64,000 nucleotides of DNA from Lachnospiraceae bacterium (GTDB lineage Bacteria; Bacillota; Clostridia; Lachnospirales; Lachnospiraceae). The notes under the pieces were generated by a model that was not told where the DNA came from, ran no database searches, and saw nothing but the letters and a program-made list of their open reading frames with translations. The stretch spans positions 22,173 through 86,172 of the forward strand of contig JAFTKW010000006.1 in NCBI GenBank assembly GCA_017453065.1, read 5' to 3'. Shown one piece after another: positions 39,953 to 49,237 of this stretch. The stretch's first letter is position 1. Every line of letters begins with the position of its first letter. The translations under genes were made by a program, and so were the position numbers.

Positions 39953-41230
39953 CTATACCTCTATCATTTTTCTCCACTTCATATGGGTTGCCTGAAAGAT
40001 TTCTCCAAAGCCCATATCCTCCATACGAAGTTGTACTTTGTCTTCACTTATCATATCTGCCACTAAGCGAATCCTTGTGGTCTTTGCAGGTCTATCCGCC
40101 AGTCCCTCAAGTGGGACTTCTATCACCTTTACATCTCTGCCATTCAGAGGCGTAATCAAAACAGAAAAACTGTCTCCCGATTCCAGGATAAATTCCACTT
40201 CCTTCTGGGTCTCAAACCAGTTGGTTCCCGCATCCAAGAGGGCCAAATAAGAATCCATCCCTCTGCGGAGCACCTTCATGCCTATATTGGCCTTCAATTT
40301 CTCCTTGCCCAAAAAGACATGTTCTCTTCCTGCAGCGCTTACATGCTGTTTTTCAATCAAGGTGTAGCAGGCACCCTTACTAAACAAGTTGTTTCCCTGG
40401 AACACTCTGCGATTCTTACACATATATTTCAGAGATTCCTGCATCCACTGCCCGTAAAAGCCTTCCCCGAGAAGATAAATACAGGACACAATTCTGTCTC
40501 CACATAGCTGCTCCAAAATCTCCAAAAAGTCTCTATCCTTCTGATGTGGAGATATGGCTGTAAATGGAAATTCCAAAGATTCAATGAACACTACCACCGG
40601 TGTGGTTCTCTTGTTGCATTCCATGCGATAGGTTTTCATGCGTTCCCCATCGCAGTCGCATACCACTACCTGCTGATTCCACAAGTCCCTAGGCTGATAA
40701 AGATTGTAATAGTAAGTGCTCTCCACATGTCCCTGGAAGCAGATATTTTTGGTTTTTAATTCCAAAGCCCCTGCCACTTTTGCAAGCACATCCACCATTT
40801 CCCTGTCCAATTCATCACAGGTAAACATGACGCCGCCAATCTTGTCCAAGGAGCATACTCCTGAGAGAAGGGAAAGACTTCTTTTGATAAACAGAGTCAA
40901 AAGTGCCACTGGATCAAAATCCTTGGCCTCTATGTAAACCTTCTCCCCGTTTTTCGCCAGTTCTACAAGATTCTCTATCAATATGCCATCATTTTCCTCT
41001 GCATATTTGTAAGCTTCTCTTCCAAAGAACCATTGGTTAATACCCTGCCTTTTGCAGAGCACTGTAGGAATATTGTAGCTCTCACTGCCAGCTACCAAAG
41101 AGAGAGTTTCGGGAACCTCACTGCCTTCCACACAATAACTAATCTGTGAATACTTGTTTCCCAAATCAAAACCTACCAAAACGCGCTCTGCGCCTTTTTT
41201 TTCTATAAAATCTAACTTACCACCAAGCAT
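39953..41230 (-). CDS. Divergent Hsp70/actin-fold protein (DUF5716_C-type, recalled)
   Basis: N-terminal VGFDLGNKYSQI resembles the Hsp70 phosphate-1 motif GIDLGTT; IPTVL..WFFGREA; IYLLGEGF resembles the adenosine motif. Confidence 0.65.
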   Translation of the reverse strand: MLGGKLDFIEKKGAERVLVGFDLGNKYSQISYCVEGSEVPETLSLVAGSESYNIPTVLCKRQGINQWFFGREAYKYAEENDGILIENLVELAKNGEKVYIEAKDFDPVALLTLFIKRSLSLLSGVCSLDKIGGVMFTCDELDREMVDVLAKVAGALELKTKNICFQGHVESTYYYNLYQPRDLWNQQVVVCDCDGERMKTYRMECNKRTTPVVVFIESLEFPFTAISPHQKDRDFLEILEQLCGDRIVSCIYLLGEGFYGQWMQESLKYMCKNRRVFQGNNLFSKGACYTLIEKQHVSAAGREHVFLGKEKLKANIGMKVLRRGMDSYLALLDAGTNWFETQKEVEFILESGDSFSVLITPLNGRDVKVIEVPLEGLADRPAKTTRIRLVADMISEDKVQLRMEDMGFGEIFQATHMKWRKMIEV

Positions 41231-41259
41231 GCTGTTCCCTCCTTTCTCCGATACTTTTT

Positions 41260-44200
41260 TTAAATCAGTTTAAATAATTCTTGCGCCATGAAGTCCTTGT
41301 GATAATACTCCTCCATCAGCGCATCCATGGTCTCATAATCTCTCAGCGTACGACTGATAAGCATATCATTGATGACACCATATTTGCCCGTGCCTTCTGT
41401 GCTCTCAATATCACTCTTCTGAATGGTGCCGCTCTCTGTCAGCTGTTCCTCGCCATCCGTTTCTTCTACTACGTAATACTGCAGGCTCTCCCCAAAGAAC
41501 AATGTGAACACTTTGTAGCACACACCACCGTAGGCTTCCTCCATTTCCTCCGTCAAATATTCACCATTGTCTGTTTCATCTCTTTGAAGCACATAGTGAA
41601 TAATCGCTTTCGAACCTGGCTTTACACGGTACTCTATAATCGTCTTGTCCAGCATGCGATTTAGCATCGGATCTAAAGACATAAATTCTCTGAAACACTT
41701 TAGATAAATCCCTTGTCCTACAAATTCCAGCACCAGCTGACGAACAACCGCCTGCGCCTGCTCATCCATGTACTCTTTGTTTTCTGCATAGAAACGAAGC
41801 AACGCAAATCGAGATACCACCGGAATCGGCTCGCCCAAATTAATCTGCCTTAGGATTTCCTCAAAGACATACAAATCCGTCACTCTCTCACGCACAAAAT
41901 AATCGTACGCACACTGCGTTAAGAAGGCAGCTTCCACCTCTTCTCTGGCTCCTCCCGCAACATAAGATGCGAAGATTTCCATCTTTTCGCCGACGAACGC
42001 TCCAGTGAACAAAATCTGCACCAGAATCCTCTCTTCTAGCTGCCAGGTATCCAATTCCATCTCTTTGGCGGCTTTCCAAACATTGCGCAGTTCCTTGCTG
42101 GTTCCTTCGTAGTACTTCACTAAGTAACTTAATATGTTTTCACTGTATTTGCCCTGACGGAAAATGTATATCGCCAAAGCAAGCAACTGTGGATCATAGT
42201 CCTCTGTCTGCTGCAACATATAATTGCAGGTTCGAAGCAGGGTCTTGGCATCCACCTTTTCCTTGCCATAAGTGCAAATCATCTCATAAGCCTTGTCCAT
42301 CTTGCCAAGCAGCACCAGGTGCTTCAAGACTTCCATGCGCACCTTCTCGGAACGCTCTTTGAGGCAATCCTCATCCAAAAAGGCATCTAATTCCTGAATT
42401 AGATCTTTTTCATAGAGGTAATGAATGATTTTAGGCGCAATCTCATTTTTGTAAGAGTTGCGTATCTCAGGGGAATATAAAAGACCATAAAATCTCTTTA
42501 AGTTTTCCTCTGTTACCTCCAAAAGTTCCTTGCCACCCAAGCACATCTGAATATGGAAGCCTAGCACATCTCCTACCAAAGGCTCTATCTCTTTCAAAAG
42601 TTTGCCCGGTACTGCTATTTTTTCCATGCTATAGGAAATACTGGAGTGGAAACGGTTTTGGTTTACATCCTCAAACAAAATGGTGTATTCCTGTCCATAC
42701 AAAGGAACATAAGCCACTCCGTCTACCACTGGATAACTGTACTCCAGCCTAGCCATAGGCTGATAGACTACCACACTCTTTACATCTGGTGATGGAACCT
42801 TAATCAAATGGACAAACATGAGCTTTGCCAAACAATCCGCCACCTGCTCGTTCATCATGGCAGGTGTCAGAACCTGTTTGTACAGGTAAGCCAGGTCCTT
42901 GTTGATATGAAGTTTGGTGATCTGTTCAATCACAAAACGCTCAATGGTCTCTTTGTAGTTGATATACAGCTCTGGATATGTCTGCTGGTTGCGAATCACG
43001 TTGGCATACAAATATGCATTGCGCGTATAGTCCAAATTGCTCTGATAAGAAAAATACATCAGCACAATCTTTGGAAGTTCTATCTCCTTGGTCAAATCCA
43101 AAGACATCATGTAATACTCGTATAATCTGGTAATTCGAAGGCCCTTTTCCACGCCCCTCTTGTACCATTCAAAATACTTCGGCCCAATCTTGTTTCCTCG
43201 AATGAGCAGTGCACAAATCTCCTGTAGCACATGATCCTCCGCCTTGTGAGCATAGCATCCCTTCAGGAAACGATAAGCATGCACAGAATAATCCCTGGAC
43301 TTACCTATCAAATATACCGCCTGGTTGATAATGTCTCCACTGAGGAAATCATTCTTAGCAGCATAGGCTAGCACCTGTTCCTCAAATCTGCCCATCTTCA
43401 TCAGCAAGGCTGGATTCTGCCCGATCAAACTCAATGCCTCTATATAGATCACAGGGCTGCTACAGCCCCTATCAAATTGTGCTTCCAAAAACATCAGTTT
43501 TTTGGTGGAACTCTTGCTGTACTCTTCTGATAAATAAAGTAAGAGCCATGCAATCTTCCACTGATTCTTGTTTTGTTTGTAAATCTGCTGAACCTGTCCA
43601 GTGACTTTGTCTACATAGGTCTCATCTCGGCTGAGCAGAGTAGTCAAATAAAGGTAGTAAGCCCAAAGAACTGGATGCTCCTCCTCCAGACTCTCCAGAG
43701 AGTCCTTGACGTGGTCCAAAATCCATCCCGCCTCGTGATTGCGCTCTTCTGTAATAAGAAGCTGAGCCTGGAACAATCTGCAGGACAAATCATTCTCGTC
43801 AATGGCTGTCATCTTTTCAATCAGTTTGCCTGTTTCACGAAGCCAGGTATTGGTTCCAATCTGTCGCATACGGAAGGCCTGATAATAATCCATCATCTGC
43901 ACCGTGAGACGTTGTTTTTCCAAGGTCTGTCTGCTTCGCAGCTTTGCTCCATGTTTCCATACCACCACTGGCACAGTAATAGTATCATAGGCACTCTTTA
44001 AAACTACTGTTCCCAGATTTTTGCCATCGTGAAGCAAACCGCTGTCTATATACACTGGCAACTTGCAGTAATTGCCAAGAAAATCATCGTCACTTAAAGT
44101 CTCTTTTTCGGTATACAAAAAGTCTCCATCCACATAAATCTCAAGGTTCACATAGCCCCAACCATTTTTGATAATGTTGATTTCGGACATAGCTACCCCT

Positions 44201-44820
44201 TCCGGGTCCTCTATAAACAGCCTGTCTTCCTCTGTCAGATATTCAATTTTTTGCTTTTTGTTGATACTGATCAAAAACTCTTCCATATTCTGGCGATTGC
44301 CAGGATAGGTAGCAAGACCGCAATAGGTAGGCAGATACTGTTTGTCATTGCCTACAAATACGCGTTTGAACTCTGGAGAATAAAACAGAGTGAGAGCCTC
44401 GTCCAAATTGGTCTTGGCCAGATTTGCGAAGTGGAACAAATTTTTGATGTATCCCATGGAAGATTCAATCTGAGCAGCTTCTACCGTCACCACATAAGGA
44501 AGTGAATACTCTCCCTGATTGCTGATAATGTGGAAATCACCCTTCAGCACATCTCCCACTTCCATGCCCTCTGCATGGAAGTAATAGGATATAGTTTCCC
44601 CAGTTCCTACAAACTGAGGCGTAAGACATTCCATGCGTCCGTCACTGGTCAAAACCTGACCCTCAACTAATCTGCCACCGTCCCCAAAAATCTGGAAGGA
44701 ACCTTCTGCGTCCTCGCCTGGGCGTAGGAATATCTCGATTTTTGAGCATGAAAAGTCCAGAGAACCGTTGTCATCTTCAAAATTTTCTTGAATGATTTTT
44801 GTGAGTATCTCTTCCATCAT
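41260..44820 (-). CDS. DUF5717-like large cytoplasmic protein (Ig-like N-terminus, long helical region)
   Basis: 1186 aa, no signal peptide or TM; IISNQGEYSLPY, GLRITRLYEYYM and FTLFFGESLQYY motifs recalled from this family. Confidence 0.7.
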   Translation of the reverse strand: MMEEILTKIIQENFEDDNGSLDFSCSKIEIFLRPGEDAEGSFQIFGDGGRLVEGQVLTSDGRMECLTPQFVGTGETISYYFHAEGMEVGDVLKGDFHIISNQGEYSLPYVVTVEAAQIESSMGYIKNLFHFANLAKTNLDEALTLFYSPEFKRVFVGNDKQYLPTYCGLATYPGNRQNMEEFLISINKKQKIEYLTEEDRLFIEDPEGVAMSEINIIKNGWGYVNLEIYVDGDFLYTEKETLSDDDFLGNYCKLPVYIDSGLLHDGKNLGTVVLKSAYDTITVPVVVWKHGAKLRSRQTLEKQRLTVQMMDYYQAFRMRQIGTNTWLRETGKLIEKMTAIDENDLSCRLFQAQLLITEERNHEAGWILDHVKDSLESLEEEHPVLWAYYLYLTTLLSRDETYVDKVTGQVQQIYKQNKNQWKIAWLLLYLSEEYSKSSTKKLMFLEAQFDRGCSSPVIYIEALSLIGQNPALLMKMGRFEEQVLAYAAKNDFLSGDIINQAVYLIGKSRDYSVHAYRFLKGCYAHKAEDHVLQEICALLIRGNKIGPKYFEWYKRGVEKGLRITRLYEYYMMSLDLTKEIELPKIVLMYFSYQSNLDYTRNAYLYANVIRNQQTYPELYINYKETIERFVIEQITKLHINKDLAYLYKQVLTPAMMNEQVADCLAKLMFVHLIKVPSPDVKSVVVYQPMARLEYSYPVVDGVAYVPLYGQEYTILFEDVNQNRFHSSISYSMEKIAVPGKLLKEIEPLVGDVLGFHIQMCLGGKELLEVTEENLKRFYGLLYSPEIRNSYKNEIAPKIIHYLYEKDLIQELDAFLDEDCLKERSEKVRMEVLKHLVLLGKMDKAYEMICTYGKEKVDAKTLLRTCNYMLQQTEDYDPQLLALAIYIFRQGKYSENILSYLVKYYEGTSKELRNVWKAAKEMELDTWQLEERILVQILFTGAFVGEKMEIFASYVAGGAREEVEAAFLTQCAYDYFVRERVTDLYVFEEILRQINLGEPIPVVSRFALLRFYAENKEYMDEQAQAVVRQLVLEFVGQGIYLKCFREFMSLDPMLNRMLDKTIIEYRVKPGSKAIIHYVLQRDETDNGEYLTEEMEEAYGGVCYKVFTLFFGESLQYYVVEETDGEEQLTESGTIQKSDIESTEGTGKYGVINDMLISRTLRDYETMDALMEEYYHKDFMAQELFKLI

Positions 44821-44855
44821 GCCACCACGCTTTACCTAAAAATTTGCACTATACA

Positions 44856-44884
44856 ATTATACCATTTTGGCATATCATAGGCAA
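44856..44884 (-). promoter_or_regulatory. Sigma-A promoter of the DUF5717 operon
   Basis: Minus strand TTGCCT-17 bp-TATAAT with TG extended -10. Confidence 0.65.
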
Positions 44885-44907
44885 ACACATTTTCCCAAAA
44901 ATAATAC

Positions 44908-44955
44908 TTGACATTTAATTGTTTTAGTGTATGATTGTATTAAGAGCATAGTACA
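44908..44955 (+). promoter_or_regulatory. Sigma-A promoter plus YtrA-type GntR operator
   Basis: TTGACA-16 bp-TATGAT followed immediately by the near-palindrome TGTATTA-N6-TAGTACA (44936-44955). Confidence 0.7.
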
Positions 44956-45006
44956 GCAGTACAGTCGTGATGCTTGCTTAAGTTTTAGAAAGGAAGGAAA
45001 CATTAT

Positions 45007-45381
45007 ATGGCATGGAATTTAGATGCTGATCGTCCAATATACGCCCAACTTGTAGAGCGTATCGAGATGCAGATTGTGTCAGGAATGTATGCACCGGGCG
45101 CCAAACTCCCAAGTGTACGTGAGCTAGCTGCAGAAGCCGCAGTTAACCCAAACACTATGCAAAAGGCATTTGCAGAATTAGAGCGAAGCGGACTGATTAT
45201 TACACAGCGCACCAATGGACGCACAGTAACGGAGGACACAGAAATGATTGGAGCCATTAGACAGAATCTGGCACAGGAACAGCTGGATTACTTCATCGCA
45301 AAGATGAAGGAACTAGGATTTGACAAAGAGCAAATCAAAGCATTTATTGAAAAATCTCTAGGAGAAAAAGAGGGGGAATAG
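45007..45381 (+). CDS. GntR-family regulator, YtrA subfamily
   Basis: RPIYAQL...KLPSVRELAAEAAVNPNTMQKAF; short C-terminus; precedes ABC genes. Confidence 0.92.
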   Translation: MAWNLDADRPIYAQLVERIEMQIVSGMYAPGAKLPSVRELAAEAAVNPNTMQKAFAELERSGLIITQRTNGRTVTEDTEMIGAIRQNLAQEQLDYFIAKMKELGFDKEQIKAFIEKSLGEKEGE

Positions 45382-45388
45382 AGAATAA

Positions 45389-46090
45389 ATGAATAATTTA
45401 GTAGAAATACAGGGTTTGGTAAAAGCATACGACTCTCGCACCATCGCTGTAAACAATCTCACACTTGCCATCCCAAGGGGCAAGATTATCGGCCTTTTAG
45501 GTCCAAACGGAAGTGGTAAAACCACACTTATCAAGATGTTGAATGGTTTACTTGCACCTACGCAGGGTTCTATCCTGATCAATGGCATGGAACCAGGTCC
45601 AGAGACCAAAACTATTATTTCTTATCTGCCAGAGCGCACTTACTTTGGAGGGGGCTCCACAGTAACTGAATTGGTAGACTATTTTGCAGATTTTTATGCT
45701 GACTTCTCCAAGGAGAAAGCTATGAATATGCTTGCCTCCCTTGGCATCAATCCAAAGGCGAAGCTTAAGACTTTGTCCAAGGGTACCAAGGAAAAAGTAC
45801 AGCTCATTTTGGTTATGAGCAGACAGGCACAGCTCTATATCTTAGATGAGCCTATCGCAGGTGTTGACCCTGCTGCCAGAGATTATATCTTAAAGACTAT
45901 CATCTCAAACTACAATCCAGAGGCAACTATTTTGCTTTCCACACACTTGATTACAGATATTGAAAACATTTTGGATGAGGTTATCTTCCTTCGCTACGGA
46001 CAGCTTGTATTGCAGACCTCCGTGGATGACATCAGAGAAAACCACGGCAAATCTGTAGATGCTTATTTCAGGGAGGTGTTCGCATGTTAG
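45389..46090 (+). CDS. ABC transporter ATP-binding protein (YtrB-like)
   Basis: GPNGSGKT, LSKG signature, ILDEP, STH. Confidence 0.92.
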   Translation: MNNLVEIQGLVKAYDSRTIAVNNLTLAIPRGKIIGLLGPNGSGKTTLIKMLNGLLAPTQGSILINGMEPGPETKTIISYLPERTYFGGGSTVTELVDYFADFYADFSKEKAMNMLASLGINPKAKLKTLSKGTKEKVQLILVMSRQAQLYILDEPIAGVDPAARDYILKTIISNYNPEATILLSTHLITDIENILDEVIFLRYGQLVLQTSVDDIRENHGKSVDAYFREVFAC

Positions 46091-46986
46091 GAAAATTAAT
46101 CAAAAACGAATGGAAGGCCACTTGGAAATTTCCTACCTTAATCTCTCTGTTCGTATTAATCATGACCATTCTCGGCGTTTTGTCTTTCAAAATGCCTTTC
46201 TGGTCCAAGTTGACCAGCGCAAACTTTGAAAGTTTTTCTTTCTTCGACTTGGCAGCACTTGCCATTTTGGTTATGTACTTTGTTTATATCGTCGTTGCAG
46301 TGTACGCAGTAATGATTTACTTCTCCATCCGTTTTTACAAAAATATGTACACCGATGAAGGCTATCTTACACATACACTTCCTGTAAAGCCAAGTGCACA
46401 CATCTTTAGTAAGACTTTGATTTCCGGCACTTGGTATTTGGCAGAGACCATCTTGATGCTAGGCTCCCTGTTTTGGTTATTAGTTACCTTCTTCAACACC
46501 CTTACTGGCGGGTTCGAACTTAGTGCTGCAGAGCTTAAAGCTGCAGGTTTAGATCTCTCCATGGAAGCTGCCAATCGTGTATTTGCCGAAATCGGTGGTA
46601 TGCCTCTTTGGGCATTTATCGCACTGATGATTGTAATAACTGTCATCAGCAGTTATTCCTCCATGTTGATTATCTATTTGTGCATCTCCATTGGACAGTT
46701 GTTTAAGAAGCACAAAGTAATCGCATCTCTGCTTACTTACTTGGTAGTAACTACGGTCATGCAGATTGTTCTCACCATTGCAATCATGCCAGTCAGCTTC
46801 TCCATGATGCTGGATGGCGACTATATCGCAATAATGGAATCTTCTGATATCATGGCAGGTATGCTTGCACCATACGCAATGATGTCACCTTTATTTATTA
46901 TTTCTTTGATAGCTACCATTGTGTTTAGCGTCGTTTCTTACTTCGTATCTGAATACATCATGAGACGCAAACTCAATTTGGATTAA
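46084..46986 (+). CDS. ABC-2-type permease
   Basis: Six TM segments, EGYLTHTLPV motif; overlaps the ATPase stop. Confidence 0.82.
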   Translation: MLGKLIKNEWKATWKFPTLISLFVLIMTILGVLSFKMPFWSKLTSANFESFSFFDLAALAILVMYFVYIVVAVYAVMIYFSIRFYKNMYTDEGYLTHTLPVKPSAHIFSKTLISGTWYLAETILMLGSLFWLLVTFFNTLTGGFELSAAELKAAGLDLSMEAANRVFAEIGGMPLWAFIALMIVITVISSYSSMLIIYLCISIGQLFKKHKVIASLLTYLVVTTVMQIVLTIAIMPVSFSMMLDGDYIAIMESSDIMAGMLAPYAMMSPLFIISLIATIVFSVVSYFVSEYIMRRKLNLD

Positions 46987-47032
46987 TGCTATATTCTTCT
47001 CCATTTTAACAATGGACACATCACACTAATTG

Positions 47033-47072
47033 AGCCTCTGCATATACTAATCCCAAAAGTATTGCAGAGGCT
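47033..47072 (+). promoter_or_regulatory. Hairpin covering a sporulation-sigma-like -10 (CATATACT) and the sleC RBS
   Basis: AGCCTCTGCAtATACT-aatcccaaa-AGTATTGCAGAGGCT. Confidence 0.4.
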
Positions 47073-47077
47073 TAATT

Positions 47078-48319
47078 ATGCCCGAAAACACATCCTATGG
47101 CACCTTACGCATTCAGGTAATGGCCACTTTAGGTATCGTTCCTATTCCTGGAGCCCTACTTACTCTTTCTTCTACCGACGGTCCTGATATAGTCAATTAC
47201 ACTCTTACCACCGACGAATCCGGTCTATCCGACATCATCACTCTACCTGCGCCCGCATTAGAATACAGTTTTAATTCCGATCAGGAAGTCCGTCCCTACT
47301 CCATCTTCAATCTGGAGGTTGTAGCAAGTGGCTACGAACCTGTCTCCATCCAAGGAGTCGAAATTCTCCCTGGCGAACTGGCCCTCCAACAGGTAATGAT
47401 GAATCCTTTAGAAGTTGCTGAAGAAGCTGAGGAAATCATCCTCATTCCACCCCATACTCTCTATGGCGACTATCCTCCCAAAATTCCAGAAGCAGAAATT
47501 AAGCCTCTACCAGATACCGGCGAAATTGTACTCAGCAGAGCTGTCATCCCTGAATACATCATTGTACATGACGGTGTTCCTGATGATTCTTCCGCTCCCA
47601 ACTATTGGGTAAAATATACAGACTACATCAAAAATGTGGCATCCTCTGAAATCTATGCAACCTGGCCAGAGTCATCCATTTACGCCAACATACTAGCTAT
47701 CATGTCCTTTACTCTAAACCGCGTCTTCACAGAATGGTACAGGAGTCGTGGATACGATTTCACCATCACCTCTAGTACCGCCTATGACCAGAAATGGATG
47801 CGTGGTCGCAATACCTACGAACGCATTGACGAATTGGTAGACAGTATCTTCAACAACTATCTGGCAAGACCCGGGGTTTTGCAGCCCATCTTTACCTCTT
47901 ACTGTGACGGCCGCAACACCACTTGTGATGGCCTCAGTCAGTGGGGTTCAAAGTATTTGGGCGACGAAGGGTATAGTGCCATCGAAATCATCCGTTACTA
48001 CTATGGCAACGACATGTATATTGCCACAGCTGACCGTATTTCTGGCGTGCCATCCTCTTTCCCAGGCTACACGCTAACGGAAGGGTCTTCTGGCGAAAAA
48101 GTGCGTCAAATACAGCAACAGCTTAATCGTATCGGGGAAAATTATCCCGCTCTCCCACGCCTGCAGACAGATGGTATCTATGGCCCTCGAACCGCAGAGG
48201 CTGTGCGCATCTTCCAGCAAATCTTCTCTCTGCCACAGACCGGAGCGGTAGACTTTGCCACTTGGTACGCCATCTCCCGCATCTATGTAGGAGTCAGCCG
48301 TATCGCCGAGCCAGGCTGA
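47078..48319 (+). CDS. sleC: Spore cortex-lytic enzyme SleC-like (pro-region, SpoIID/LytB-like catalytic domain, PG-binding domain)
   Basis: IPEYIIVHDGVP, YIKNVASSEIYATWP, FTLNRVFTEWY, FTITSSTAYDQ, YCDG, SQWGSK; C-terminal DGIYGPRTAEAVRIFQ. Confidence 0.88.
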   Translation: MPENTSYGTLRIQVMATLGIVPIPGALLTLSSTDGPDIVNYTLTTDESGLSDIITLPAPALEYSFNSDQEVRPYSIFNLEVVASGYEPVSIQGVEILPGELALQQVMMNPLEVAEEAEEIILIPPHTLYGDYPPKIPEAEIKPLPDTGEIVLSRAVIPEYIIVHDGVPDDSSAPNYWVKYTDYIKNVASSEIYATWPESSIYANILAIMSFTLNRVFTEWYRSRGYDFTITSSTAYDQKWMRGRNTYERIDELVDSIFNNYLARPGVLQPIFTSYCDGRNTTCDGLSQWGSKYLGDEGYSAIEIIRYYYGNDMYIATADRISGVPSSFPGYTLTEGSSGEKVRQIQQQLNRIGENYPALPRLQTDGIYGPRTAEAVRIFQQIFSLPQTGAVDFATWYAISRIYVGVSRIAEPG

Positions 48320-48371
48320 GCCCCTCGCTAAAGGTAGCTAAGCACCTCACCCCAGGTAGCTAAGCCAACTC
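48315..48371. repeat. Short ~22-bp tandem repeat (about 2.5 copies)
   Basis: GCTGAGCCCCTCGCTAAAGGTA | GCTAAGCACCTCACCCCAGGTA | GCTAAGCCAACTC. Confidence 0.55.
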
Positions 48372-48392
48372 GTATTTTGTCCTATATGCCCC

Positions 48393-48603
48393 CAAGGGCC
48401 TATGCTGGGCCAGGGAAATGGAGTTCCTCACGATGAATTGTGCACGATTTTGATTTTTGATATCTATTCATACGCCTTTCGCAAAACTCGTATGCGCAAG
48501 CGCCTACTTCAAACAGTTCCTCAAGGCGTATATATCAAAAATAACAAAATCGAACAATTCTATCCTTCGTCACAAAATCTCCCTGGCCCAGCATAGGCCC
48601 TTG
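48393..48603. repeat. 211-bp nested palindromic element (MITE/REP-like or structured RNA)
   Basis: Perfect 24-bp terminal IR CAAGGGCCTATGCTGGGCCAGGGA / TCCCTGGCCCAGCATAGGCCCTTG, plus inner imperfect IRs (GAATTG..CGATTTTG..TTTTTGATAT with its partner, and TACGCCTT/AAGGCGTA). Confidence 0.75.
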
Positions 48604-48615
48604 AGAGCACAATAC

Positions 48616-48660
48616 AAAAGCCCCGGAAGTTGGCTTACCAACCTCTGGGGCTACATTTTT
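48616..48660. terminator. Terminator downstream of greA
   Basis: AAAAGCCCCGGA..TTGG-ctta-CCAA..TCTGGGGCT hairpin with a U-tract on the minus strand. Confidence 0.65.
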
Positions 48661-49162
48661 AGAAACTGCGCAATTTGTCCTGACTATCATCCATAGTCTT
48701 GTCCAGTGCTACAATTTTTACATCGTAACCTGCGCTTTCACTTACTTTGACATGAACCACATCTCCTACCTTGTGGCCAAGCAGGGCACTGCCAAGCGGA
48801 GAAACATTGCTGATGAGGCCTTCCAGGGAATTTCCTCTCACCGTAGTAACAATGCGATAGACTTCCTGTTCCCCGTCCTCCACAAACTCTACTGTGACTG
48901 TGTTGTTAATTCCTACCTCATCCTCCTTGGAGGCATCAGAAATCACATGGGCAGAACGTATCATACGCTCTAAATAGCGAATGCGGCTTTCGTTTCGATT
49001 CTTTTCTCTCTTGGCTGCGTAATATTCGAAGTTCTCACTTAAATCACCGTGAGACCTAGCTTCCTTCACATCTGCTATAAGCCTAGGGCGTTCCACCAGT
49101 TTGCGAAACTCTATCTCCTCTTCCATCTTTCGAATATCACTCTGGGTAAGTTCGTTGTTCAT
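48659..49162 (-). CDS. greA: Transcription elongation factor GreA
   Basis: EARSHGDLSENFEY and ISNVSPLGSALLG motifs. Confidence 0.93.
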   Translation of the reverse strand: MNNELTQSDIRKMEEEIEFRKLVERPRLIADVKEARSHGDLSENFEYYAAKREKNRNESRIRYLERMIRSAHVISDASKEDEVGINNTVTVEFVEDGEQEVYRIVTTVRGNSLEGLISNVSPLGSALLGHKVGDVVHVKVSESAGYDVKIVALDKTMDDSQDKLRSF

Positions 49163-49237
49163 AATACCTCTTTCTAGCCATCGCCTAGGAAAGGCTTGAG
49201 TTTACTCCTTGCAGCTTACGCATCTTAGTTCCAACTC

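Noticed and set aside
48393-48603. 6S RNA
   Set aside because: The size fits, but a perfect 24-bp GC-rich terminal IR and no recognisable 6S central-bubble sequence or promoter favour a palindromic repeat. An Rfam scan would settle it.
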